A DNA stretch of 63,784 nt, the filler included, from Intoshia linei (lineage: Eukaryota; Animalia; Orthonectida), in the NCBI GenBank assembly GCA_001642005.1. It is 4 parts of 4 records of this genome, joined end to end, with 100 filler letters (N's around TTAATTAATTAA, not from the genome) between each part and the next. Parts side by side here need not be neighbours in the genome. Positions count along the whole stretch, not along the records: positions 28,082 to 54,156 come from LWCA01000481.1; 3 more parts are not named here. One strand, 5' to 3'. The notes under the pieces are model-generated. The model was not told the origin of the DNA and ran no database searches. It saw nothing but the letters and a program-made list of their open reading frames with translations. This document shows, in pieces, positions 39,226 through 51,862 of this stretch. Numbering within the stretch: the stretch's first letter is position 1; each line of letters begins with the position of its first letter. The position numbers and the translations under genes are program-made.

Positions 39226-40125
39226 ATGCTTACATCGTTTTTGAATTGGATATATTTAGTTTTAAATCTAATTCAAGCAATTATGGCTGTAATTTTATTT
39301 GTATTTCTCATATACTGGAAAGGAAAAAGATCCATAGTGTATTATTTTGTGATACACTTCATGATACTTGTTATGTCAATAATACGATTCAGCGGTAATG
39401 TCGTATATTTGATTGGTAAAGATAGTTTAAAGATGAAAGTATTTTCCTCATGTTCTGGGGCACCACTATTACTGACTGCCATAGTAATTCAACTTTACGG
39501 AATAAATAAAATTCTTACTTCTAAGTATGTTGTAAGAAAAATATTTAGTAATCCAGTGGCATTAATTGTCATATTACTGAATATTATCAACACTTCAACA
39601 GTTATATTATTTATAGTATCTGTCAATATAAGTTTCAATTTGCTTTTGACTATGTTAATGGTATGCTGTATTATTCAAGCATGTATTGGAATTTTTACAT
39701 GCATTCCATGTGCACATATATTCTATCTTTTTAGAAAAAGGTCCTTGGAACAATTGGATATCATTGATCCAAATTATTCTTTATTGTCTGATGAACATAG
39801 AGATAATAAGAAGCGCACTGTCATTAAAAGATTGTCGTCGTTTATGGACACATTTCACATCAATATTTCAAATAAAACTCGTATTCCATATTTTATAAAA
39901 GCTCTATTAATTGAATGTCTTTTGATCATTATGTTAGTTTGTATGAAAATTGGAGGTGTCATTTTTATCGTTAAATGTTTATGGAACTCCAAGATCAATT
40001 ATGATGAAGCATTTAATTATTCTTTTTTTTTGTACGGAATAGAAAATATACTTGGTTTTCATCTGCTGACATATTGCATAAATGCTCTGTATACAAAATA
40101 TAAAAGTAGTAAAAATAGAAAATAA
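39226..40125 (+). CDS. Orphan 7-transmembrane receptor-like protein, paralog 3 (299 aa, intronless)
   Basis: KGKRSIVYY, SSCSGAPLL, LYGINKILTSKYVVRKIFSN, IFYLFRKR, SFMDTFHI, IPYFIKA; seven hydrophobic segments. Confidence 0.85.
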   Translation: MLTSFLNWIYLVLNLIQAIMAVILFVFLIYWKGKRSIVYYFVIHFMILVMSIIRFSGNVVYLIGKDSLKMKVFSSCSGAPLLLTAIVIQLYGINKILTSKYVVRKIFSNPVALIVILLNIINTSTVILFIVSVNISFNLLLTMLMVCCIIQACIGIFTCIPCAHIFYLFRKRSLEQLDIIDPNYSLLSDEHRDNKKRTVIKRLSSFMDTFHINISNKTRIPYFIKALLIECLLIIMLVCMKIGGVIFIVKCLWNSKINYDEAFNYSFFLYGIENILGFHLLTYCINALYTKYKSSKNRK

Positions 40126-40947
40126 TGTATTTTAATTATTAAATTTTAATACATCTATCTTTTACAATCTGTGAAATTACAACCATTCAAACCGTTACTA
40201 TTATAGCAATTGTATCGACTGTAGAATATTGTATGAATTCTACTTTTTTTTTTATTATAAGAAAATAAACCAATAATAATTTTCAAAATGATTGCTTTCA
40301 CGCTTATAATCCACATTCGTTTATGATTCATCAAACAATATAGGAGTCTTATATTTTTTAAAATATAATTGAGTTTTTCCAGTTAGACACAGAAAACGTT
40401 TTGTCTCAGAAATTTTCAAATTTACGCCTTACCATTAAGGCTTAATGGTAAAAACAGAATTTTATAATGTTTTTATATTTGAAGATTATTTATTTCAAAT
40501 AAAAACAGGCTTTAACATAATCACCCCTAACCATGTATAATATACATTGTATATGCATTGTATCTAATTTTTCCTTTCACATTTGTTATGTGATACATTT
40601 AAAGTGACAAACGCAACTCGCATAGATGGCGTTAACTATTTTTATTGCGATCTATTTTTATATTTATAATAATTGTTATATTATAATTATTAATACATTA
40701 TTGATTGTCTAACTGTCTAACTGTATTGACTGTTAATACATTAATTAATTGTCTTTAATTCTTACATAGGTGTGAAACTTTACAGTGCATTGGATAAGAA
40801 AGTTTAATATAACTTATCGGGGTATATATTAAATTTCAGAACATAATTCATAGAGAGGAAATACTGTTTAATGATTCATAAAATTTAGTTTTATTAAAGA
40901 CATAAATACATGTATATGTACAAATATTATGTATAATATTATGAACA

Positions 40948-43900
40948 TTATTTTCTCATGACAACAATTATAATACAAAAAAATCCACTTAAGGATAGTA
41001 TTAGAAAGGATAGATTGATATCAAATGGAAATATATAATCATTTGTTATGGACCATGCATATATATTTCCTAATAAAAACGGTCCGAGTGATCTAAGAAA
41101 CAATACATTTCATAATACATTTAAAATAATCTAAATACAGTAAAACCTCACTTAACAAAACTCCCACATTATAACAAATTAAAATACATAGAATTAAATA
41201 GAAAAATGTCTGAAACTTAATTTCATAAATAGCCAGTGCAAGAAGAAGAAACTGCTCTTTATTTTGCATATTTATAATATTTTTATATTGCGTAAATGTA
41301 AATTAGAATCTCGCTTAACCAATTCCAGCTTAACGAACAAGAATTTGGAACGAAGTGGATCGTTAAAGTGAGGTATTACTGTAATCATTAAATATTATCA
41401 TTGATTAATCATCATTATACAACTTTTTATTGTTGCGGCGCACCCAATATGGAAAAAAATATTAACACTTCAAATCATTTTAATTTTAAATTTTTTGTTT
41501 TAAAATAGTTTGATTATAATTAAAATAAAAAATACTAAAATGTACTAAAATGGTTTTTTTACCGTGAAGGCTTCACTTTTTCAAATTGAAATTCTTTGGG
41601 TGTATTCACTGGATATAACTGTATCAAAAATATATTTTTTTTTAAATTCTAGGACTATTTTAATTTTTTTAAAAAAGGGCAATTTGTGGTTTTGGTTCTG
41701 AAAATGCACTTTTTTAGGAGTGCCATTTATTATTATGTTTATCATTTTAAACACTATCCAATAATTTATGTTTTATTAAATTTTTGGGCTGATTTATTTT
41801 TTTAACAAAAGAAAAAATTGGGTTTTTGAGACTGAAGAACTTAAATTCGGAAACTGAATTAGAAATTTAGATTTTTTTAAATTTTGGGACTGTTAATATT
41901 TCCAATATACTGTAAAAAACACATAGACAGACACACAGACATTCCATTTTATATAAGTAAACTTTACTTAGTAAAGGATAATTGAGGATACCGTTTAACT
42001 ATTATATAACTATTAAACGTTTAATAAGATTGGTCAACACTCAAAAATATAACTAGAAAAAAATTATATCTCTAGGATCATCAAAGAATTCCATGAACAA
42101 ACGTGAAAGTAAGGTGAAACAGTGTTACTCTTATAAATTACTAATGCTACAAAATTTATAATAAATAGAATAGGTTAATTATTATATTGTATTATATTAT
42201 ATTGAGAATGATTGATTTTATAAAAGTTGAAAAATTTTGTATTATTTGTGAAGTTTACTGGATGAACCCAAAAAGAAGCTAAAAATTAAATATCCAAAAA
42301 GTGTAGCGATATCTATGAGTCATTTTATGGCAAAATACCACGATGAGCATGGGTTCCTACCAAATGTTGCTAATGTTTTTACATAATGCTCATGAAACAC
42401 ATTTTGAACAAGGATATAACGCAAAAAATTAATAGGTCTCATCAAATGTGTGGTGCACGAAAAACACCAATCTGTCATGATTAAAATTTTTTATTGATAT
42501 CTTGTAATTTCGATTTCAAAAAAATAGTTCTCTAAAGTTTATTTATAAAAAATATCGATCGAACTATGATATAATTTAATATATACCACAATCAGCACTT
42601 TTCAATGTATATACTCTATATAAAAATATCTACTTTATTTTAGAAAAACAAATATTTATAAAAAAACGCTGCACTTCTGCCCTAATTTTTAAAATTTTAC
42701 TGATTTTTTCTTTATAGTGTCTTGAAACTAAGTATCCAATACACACCTGTTAAAAAAAATTTGAGCAAAATTATTGGAAAGGGTCAAAATTAGTTATAAG
42801 ATTAAAGTGAAAATAACTTTACTATAAATCAGGGGTGTCAATTATGCGGCCCCAAATTATGAAATGTGCGGGCCCGCGTTATAATATAAATTTTTATTTT
42901 CATTAACAATTTTTTACACATATTTCTTATATTTCAGTATTTTTCATATATTTTTTATGATTTATTTATTCATTATTACATTTTTTACACTTATTCCATT
43001 TATATTGTTTCATATTTCAGCAAATTGAGTCTGACACCCCTGCTATTAATATAGTAAAATGTGCTACTTTATAACTCTTATATTCAACTCATTTAACAAT
43101 ATTCATTATATTTAAAAATTAAAACGATTCAGATAGAATAAAAAGTGTCACCGTTATCGCAATACCGTGAACTACACAATAAAATATAAATGGTTCTATT
43201 TAATTGAAATATTTCAAAAAATGTTGGACTGTGTAATTAAACGATATTAACGATAAACAAAATTACTATTTTTCATTAACAAAATTATTATTAAAAACAA
43301 AAATAAATAAGGTAGAAGTTAATTTAAAAATACAAAGTGAATAACCAAACATTGCGATCAACACAAGACTACTCAAACCATAACCATAGTATCTTATCAT
43401 AAAATTAGAGTATTATAATAAGTAATATAATAATATTATTATAATATTATATAATAGTAATATTATAGTAAATAAAGTTATATTTCAATTTTCGTATATT
43501 ATTTTATGGTATCTTTTAATTAACAAGCTGTTCCATAAATTTTTATCTAATTTAATTATTTTTTTCATTGCAACTATACGCGACTTTATTCGTTGATGAC
43601 AATACAATTGAAAAAAAAAGTGTTAAATATCACATTCCTACTGGAAACTGTTCATTTTACCCCTCATCACCGGTCACACTACCGTATAAACTATATTAAT
43701 ATTTACCTTATAAAGCAGCACGTTCCATAAGCAATTCCATTAACTTTTCCAACTTTACTTACATCCACAGAATTATTGATTATTAAAGTGATAAATAGGA
43801 ATATAAAGGTCTTTCCAATATTATTTATGGTAATAAGTGAAACTACCGATATAACTAATACAATTGGCCTAAATCATGTAAAAAATTAAGTACAAATAAC

Positions 43901-46900
43901 TCGGTACATCATTTACATATGTCAGGTCCCACCAGCTTGAAAATGCGAAATAACGTAGCATTGATATACATATTAATAAATACATGTATATTGCATTGAA
44001 TGTGTATAACTCAACTGTATATATTATATGGATAATACATTTAATTATTGTTAAAAAAGAGAATATGTATACAATTAATTATGTTCTATATGAAGATCCT
44101 AGAATATGAACTCATTTTAATATGAACATGACAGTTTTGTTTGAACAAACATTGATTTGACATTTCGAAACTTTTAATTATAATATTATTATCGCCATTC
44201 ATATATGTTCATATTACAGTATAATATGAACATGATCAAAACCTGGTCCCTTCATGTTTATATACAACAGAACTGACTGTATTACACTTACAAAAACTAG
44301 TTTTTAAGAGAGTTTATGCTATTTACTGATTTACTACACTCATTTTTTAATTAAAATTTAATTTTTTGAAAATATTTATTAATTAAAAAATTAATTAATT
44401 AATTTTATTTGTAAAAATGGACGTTTTGATAAAATAAATTTTAAAATAAAATAATTATATATTTTGCATTAAACTTAATCATTTGTATTAAAATTCAATT
44501 TAGACTTTAATTATTTTAGGTTGCCATTATACGTTATAATAGCTTTATCTACCTTTTGTATATTTTTGAATTCTCTATCTCGCCAACTTTTTCTAAATTT
44601 CAAGAATGGCGAGTTATAGAGAGAATACTGTATACATTTAAATATAAAAAATACATTTTTATGAACATTCGTAGATTCGGAATTAATGTTGTTGTACAAA
44701 TTGTTATGCAGCAACTGATACAATATAACTAAAAATTCACGATTATATATTATGACTAGGTTGACTGTTATGTCTACGTACAAACAGAACCTAGCTCTGC
44801 CGAAGGCACATTTTTATTCTACCAAAAAAATACATTCACGTTGAAAATCTAATTCATTTACTTTTAGTAATCGTTGTTGTAGTTTTAATTTAGATTTTAT
44901 ACAAAATAATTTAAAAATATAAAATTTGAGATTTAAAAATTGTGTACCAATGAAAAAAAATCCGAAGGAACGAATTACATAGATTTTCACCCATATTTCT
45001 TTATTGGAAAGGTGTAGACTTTCAATACACAGTTTTTTTGAAATTGTAGGATTAATTTACATTTTCAATTTTTATTTTAATCGAAATATTTGAAAAATAT
45101 TGTTGATAATATATTAACAATTATTTTTCATCGGTAATGCGTAGATTTCTGGGGTTCAAATTTTGTATTTATATGAACTGGAATAATATCTATCAAAATA
45201 ATTATTTTTTTTAATTTTCGGAATTTAATTATTTTACATTTTTTGTTTTAATAAAATATTTCGGAAAAAAATATATGAATACTAAAATGTTTTTTTGACC
45301 GTAAAGTCATCACTTATTTGTCACATCACTTTTCATCACAATTTAAAAAAATTACAAAAGTAATATCGATTTTATAAAGCAATCTAGTCGAAACTAATAT
45401 CAATATTATTGGCGGTAAAAAATATGTTGCAGATAAATATTTTGATATTTCACGAGTGTCCAAATGCAGTCCACCTATATATATAATATATATACTTGTA
45501 TATATAAATTAGAAATAGGTAGAATTAAAGATACCTAATGTGTAAATATTTTGAAATAAAATTTTACTAGTACTAGTAATAAAAAAAATGTTGATATAAC
45601 TGAAAATTTTGTTTGCAAGTGCAAAATTTCTTAAAAAATATTAATATTAATATTAACAGTAGATCATATATTAATACCTTGGTATACTGAAGTTGACAGC
45701 CATGAAAACAGAATTGAATCCTGTGGGATGATAGCAAATGATATGAAACAATATGAAGCTATTGAACATATAATGTTGCGAGTACTAAACAGTTGATTGT
45801 ATTATAATAATTATATAATAATAATTATTATATTTTATTTTAATCAATGTTTAAAATAATCTAAGACAGAAACTTACACCATTTAAAAATAAATTTTAAA
45901 AAAAGTAATGTTAAATATAATGGAATACAATTAAATCACAAATCAAAAATAGCCTTTCGGCTCAGTATCATATAATAAGACATGAAAATCCCCGAAATCT
46001 AACCATTACGGAGTTTCGTATTAGACATGTAGACCAAATAATTGACAGTAGTTTGAATAAAATCTATCTATTTAAAAATAAAATTACAATTTTACAATCT
46101 ATGCATTTTGTAAATTATATTTAAAAACATTTTGCCAGTGTTCTACAATTAAATGATCTTGAGGTTGGAAATTAATTTTTTATGTAAATACATTTTTATT
46201 ATCTTAAAGTAACAATTATCCTTAAATGCACATTAAAATGTCATTCCTTTTAGTTTTTCAGTATATTTATTTCTTATGTATAATGTCTTGATTAATATCG
46301 TATTTTTAGAATAAAAGTTTGTTTTGAAATCAACTTTACTTTTTTTGAAATTAACCTTTAAATAGTGTAGACTAAGTGTTTATTCTTAAGATTTTATGAT
46401 TAATAACTGATTCTGATTAAGGTTAATCACTGGTAAAGAATAAAAAAAATACCAATAATTGTTATAAAGTTTTGTGCATATTTGTTTCAACGATTTTGTA
46501 TTTTTATTTATTACTTTTATATCTTTAATTGATCTAAACAATTCAATATTCATAAATACATAAGACCAGTCATTAAACAGACCCACATGGATGATAACAC
46601 TGTACAACATTTTTCGAAAATTTTCAAAATAGCAGCAAAAAATTTATTTTATTGTAAAGACCGCATTGTCAGGATTCGAACATTATATCTGATTATGTAT
46701 GATCTGATTGTAATTATTAGATAGTCTCTAATTAAAAAGTATACATAAGATAATTTATATAATATATAGAATACAGTTATGTTCTATCTAAACTAAATTG
46801 AATTTTTTAACTGATGAAAAATAATGGAAAAATCGAGAAAAAAAATTTGACCGTATTTAATAGATCTATATATTTGTAATGTGAGTTTTTTAATTTAAGT

Positions 46901-49566
46901 ATAAATCAATTAATAAAGATTTTAATGATCAGAAAAATATATTTTTAAGTTTCTGTTATTGATTTCAAAATGCACGAGATAAAATGATTTGATTGATAAT
47001 ATAGTAATTCATTACTAATAGGTAAGTTAGTTTCACGCCAAAATATCATAACCTTAAAAAAATGAACTCTTCGACACTATGTGAGAAGTTGGCTCTAAAC
47101 ATGACCTGTTTTTTGAAATAAAAATTGGTATTTTATGAAAATAGCAAAACTTTTATACATATATTATATTTACCTGAAAAAGAAGTTACCATTGTATCAA
47201 GCAGTTTATAATGTTCTGGTCTTAATTTTTCATTTTCTCAGTTTAAAAAAAAGTTTTATTATGAAAATATATAAAAATTTTATTATAATACAAATACGTA
47301 AATAAATTAAATATGACAATGTGGTGTTTTATATGAACCACACATAATCCTTTATCAATAATATTATTTTCTTTCCAGCAAATCTGTCCTCAAATTATTT
47401 CAGTGTTTGATGAAACCGTTCACTATGCTGATCGGAGTGTATTTTGCAATTAAATGTAGATTTCACACTCTTGTCAGTCACACCTCAAGACTTTGTTTTT
47501 CACTGATTGTGTTCGATGCTTTGCTAATACATATTATATCATTCAAATCTTTCATTCCTGGTACTATTTTATTATCATTAAAACTAGGATCCTAGGAATC
47601 ATAATTGCTAGTATCGATACCAGATGATAACCTTCTGGGTACATTTTCTAATTGGAATATATTTTGTACTAGATATTTGGAGGAAATAATATCTGGTATA
47701 CTTGGCAATTGTTAAATTTGTTATACATATATAACATATATATTCTTATGTATATAATTAATATCAAAATTTTGTTTAATACTATACTATTTATAAGAGT
47801 AATTTCATGCAACATTTTGAAGGGAAATTAACTTCTCTAGAACTAAATCTTAAAAGCGACTAAAATTTAAACGATTAAACATATATCATATATAGACATA
47901 TATAATTTTTAGCACATTTTAACTACATAGTATATAGATTTTATTTTGCTATTTTTTTAGTGTTGTACAGTGTAATTAATTAAAGTTATATTTTAATATT
48001 ATATTAATGAACAATTATAATATGTATATTAGAGTGATTAACAAATTGGAATCTGAAATTGAAATAAAATCAACCTTTGATAATCTAATATTAATCAATA
48101 CAGTTATTGTTAGCATTATAACATATTATATTTTATTAACACCATTATTAATATTTTTTATTAAATTACTTTTTTGGCTTATGCTTTGGCATCATCAGAA
48201 AAGACATGATAATAGCTAATATGCAGAGAAAAGAACAAAACATACCGGGAAGTGAATATGGATAATTTTTAAAAAATACGTATTTTTCTGGGTCCATATT
48301 ATAATATTTAAGTGGATTCGTTATGTATCCTAAATATATGTTAGATACATTTAAAAAATACAACATATGACATATGTATACAATATTATTATTATAATTG
48401 ATATAATGTATATGCCAATTTTGCTTATTTACCAGTTATAGATGAACTCAATACTAAACCTATCGCCATTCCAACGGTGAATGCAGTTGCATAAAAACTT
48501 TCGTTTTCCGGTGACGAATAAAGTCTAATTGCCGATTTTGAAATAATCACTGAACCTAAATTTTAATATTTATTTATATTACTTAATTTTTATTCTAATG
48601 TTAATTAGTTAATCCAGCTCATAAAATCAAATCGACTGTTATTTAACAGTTTATTTAAAAAATTAATGTCACATCAATTTAAAAAACAGTAATTATGGTT
48701 TATGTTTATTTGTGGCGACAATACTACAACTTTTAATTTGAGCACGTTGCATTACCACGATCAATGAAATGACTATTTTGTTGCCCATATTTTTAAAAAT
48801 ATTTCATCAAAATAGTAATTGTTTTTACAGTTTGTAAAAATAGTTGTACAATATTTTTTTAAATGATTTATATATAAAAAAATGAAATACAAATTTAAGT
48901 AAAATTTTAATACACTTGTATTTAATTTCTTAATTTGGTAGAATTAAATAATTTGCCATCAGCAGAGCTATATATTGTTTGTACAAAGTATATAACATCC
49001 CAGCTAATAATTAATGATTATTACCCGAAGATAATCCTAATAGCATCTTAAAAAGAACAAGATAATATATACTTCCACCAAATCCATAAAAAAATGTGCA
49101 TAATCCTGTTAATAGAAATGTAATCATCAAAAGCAATCTTGTATTGAATTTATCAAATAAATAGCCCCATATCACACTAAATAAGCATATTAAAAAAAGT
49201 AAATTATTATTAAATTAATTTTGAAATTAAATTAAAGATAACCTTGATACGCCTTGTGCTACGTAATATGATGAATTTATTAATCCCATATATTTGGCAA
49301 TTACATCTTCATTTCTTAAAATGCTCTATAATGTTAATTTTCAGGATAAATATTTTTTAGAAACATACAATGATTTGTTCTGGCATAAATAACTGATTGT
49401 AGAAATTTGAATATATGAAAATTAACTAAAACCGAAATTTAAAATATTCAAAAATAATTATTTATTTTACGGAATTGACTGTTAAGCATATATAAAGCTT
49501 AAAATCTACTTCAATGTCAGTGTTCGACAAAACGATTCTTTTTATAGATTTACACAGTAATTTCAT
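40948..49566 (-). CDS. MFS transporter, ZIFL (zinc-induced facilitator-like)/DHA1 type, full-length multi-exon gene
   Basis: Exons give EDVIAKYMGLINSSYY, VIWGYLFDKF, KMLLGLSSGSVIISKS, GYITNPLKYY...FKNYPYSLP, TRNIICSIASYCF...FSWLSTSVYQGGLHL, LIINNSVDVSKVGKVNGIAYG and RSLGPFLLGNIYAWS...FPFDINLSF...RK*. Central loop exons are uncertain. Confidence 0.82.
41138..41381. mobile_element. pogo/Tigger-type MITE
   Basis: TA|CAGTAAAACCTCACTTAAC ... GTTAAAGTGAGGTATTACTG|TA. Confidence 0.85.
41500..41958 (-). mobile_element. Helitron-like element, diverged 5' portion
   Basis: Ends ACACATAGACAGACACACAGACATTCCATTTTATATAAGTAA, the element's 5' end with microsatellite. Confidence 0.7.
42830..43042. mobile_element. 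hAT MITE
   Basis: TIRs CAGGGGTGTCA / TGACACCCCTG; TSD CTATAAAT / CTATTAAT (7/8). Confidence 0.88.
44756..45320 (-). mobile_element. Helitron-like element with intact 3' terminus
   Basis: Minus strand ends TGCCTTCGGCA-GAG-CTAG-GTTCTGTTTGTACGTAGACATAACAG-TCAAC-CTAG|T (hairpin plus CTAG); interior colinear with other copies. Confidence 0.8.
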
Positions 49567-51862
49567 GTATATTTTATTAAATTTTAAATAAAGTATTTAT
49601 TGACATTTTATAAGGTGTGGACTTTAAACAAATATTTATTTATAAAATTCTATAACTATTAAAGTCTGAATGAAAATCTGGAGGTGACTGTGTGAATCAT
49701 TTTTGGGATATTTTTAAATGTGACATCACAGTTAAAAACTATTTATTTATCAAAATTATTTTGCAAATTATCTCATGTATACGTACTATTTACATGTTTG
49801 TACAATGTACATTAATTCCGAAATATCTACACTAAAAATGCTATAAATTTATTTATAATGTTAATAAATTATAAATTATAAATGATATTTATTTGCTTAA
49901 AATTGCTGATTTAAATTAAATAATATTTTATTTATTTATTGTTTATTAATAACATCATTAAAACAATTTAGATAAGCATATGTATGTCTGATTGTAGCTA
50001 CAGGCACACCTATGAATAGCGCCACCCCTCAATACCTCAATATAATTAATTTTTTTAATGTTTATTAATTATGTATTTATTCGTTACAACGTTATACTCT
50101 CAATAGCGTCATAAATATTGAAATACCAAAATGGCGGTATTGAGAGGTCTTACTGTATTTATTTAAAAAAATAAAATGGGTAGAGTTTTAAAAATACAAT
50201 TTCTAATACAGTTTTATAGAAAATTTCATTGTAAAAAATTGTATGGTTCATGTAAAAAACTCATATTGTTGCTTATTTTAAATCAAACCAGTCCTATAAT
50301 TTATATAAATATAGACACTGACATAAATTTTAACATGATAAAGATAATCATAAATTTCAAAATGTTATACATTCATGGTTAACACCCCAAATTACCCATT
50401 GTTTTAAAAAATGAAAAATCAAATAGCACTGGATAACACAAAAGTCAAAATTGTAATCTCATCACGATAATATATGATTACATGAAATTAATACATCTAC
50501 ATTAGGGAATCATATTTATTTTAAATTTTGCTATTTTTCAAAAACCACCAGGTAGATAATATCTATATTTGAATAGAAATCACTATGTCAAAAACTGTAT
50601 TTTAAAAATATTATTAACGAAGTTGCGCTTATCAATTAAGAAATTAAAAAAAATAACTAAATGTAAGTTTCTTTTCGTATTTTTCTTAATTTTTTTTTAC
50701 AAAAACGTAAATTCCTGCTTCGTTTGTATTTAAAATGTTAAATTTTTTTCATATTTGTTCTAATCTCATATTGACTAATCAAATAAATAATTTGATGGTC
50801 AGTCATTCGTTTTCTAACATCGTTAAGCTACTAAAATAGTAATAATAATTATATAAAATTAATAAGTAATAAACTACAGTTCAAATTTCTAAAATAATAA
50901 ATATCATGCGTTTTAAATATAGACAGAGAAAATTTCAATTAAACGTATTAATTTGTGCATATTCGTGATCAGCACACAAAAACACACCTATATGCAAATA
51001 TAATTTTTGTTTCTTAAAAAAGTGCATACCCTAATATACCGTTGAATTCTTTTCATTATCTGAAGATGAAATTATCTTTTATTTTCATAAATTTAATAAT
51101 CTTTTATTTTGCGCTGAAGTAGATGCAATTTTAATTGAAAATTCTATTACATCATCTGCAACAGAAACAACCCATCAAGAAATAATTTGTGCCACAATAT
51201 CTAAACCTATTATCATAGTTAATTCTATTTAAGAGGAATCCAAATAACGTTATATATAAAGTCCACATTAATTACGCGTGAAAAGTTTTTTTTGGTATCT
51301 AAATATTTCATCTCCTCAATAAGAAATCGACTCAATTATGAAATAATTGATCCACTGGTGTTTTTAAACAAATTGAATGAAAATAATTTTTTTAATTAAT
51401 CTTCACCATTTTTTATATTTGACAATATTTTCAACCAATTTTTTATTTCTGTTTTTATATAATTTGTTAATTCCACTATTTCAAAACAGTTTTTATCTAC
51501 ATTTAGCTACCATTTTCGTTATTATGCGTGATTTTGATTCAATGGAAATTGTGAATTAATGAAACAATAAATTGGTGAAATATTTATTATAAAATTAAAA
51601 TGTCCCGTATGCTTGCGCGATTGTAAATTATATTGATTAATCTCTGGCAGTGATTACCTGATTTAAAATTTTTTCAACCTCGTTATAAAATTAAATTGGG
51701 TTACCATGAACATCCGAAATTGGTTATATTGGACAATAAAACCGGTTTTGAAATTTTAGGTAAATTTTACAACACTAACTACAACCTATTCACATATATC
51801 AATACTAGTTCTGTAAATAACTATTAATTTTTTAATTTTAGAAACAAATTGGAAGTTTAATT

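Noticed and set aside
46386-46610. Minus-strand ORF with SVIIHVGLFNDW, superficially hydrolase-like
   Set aside because: Lies within the MFS gene span; no catalytic motifs or further exons were found.
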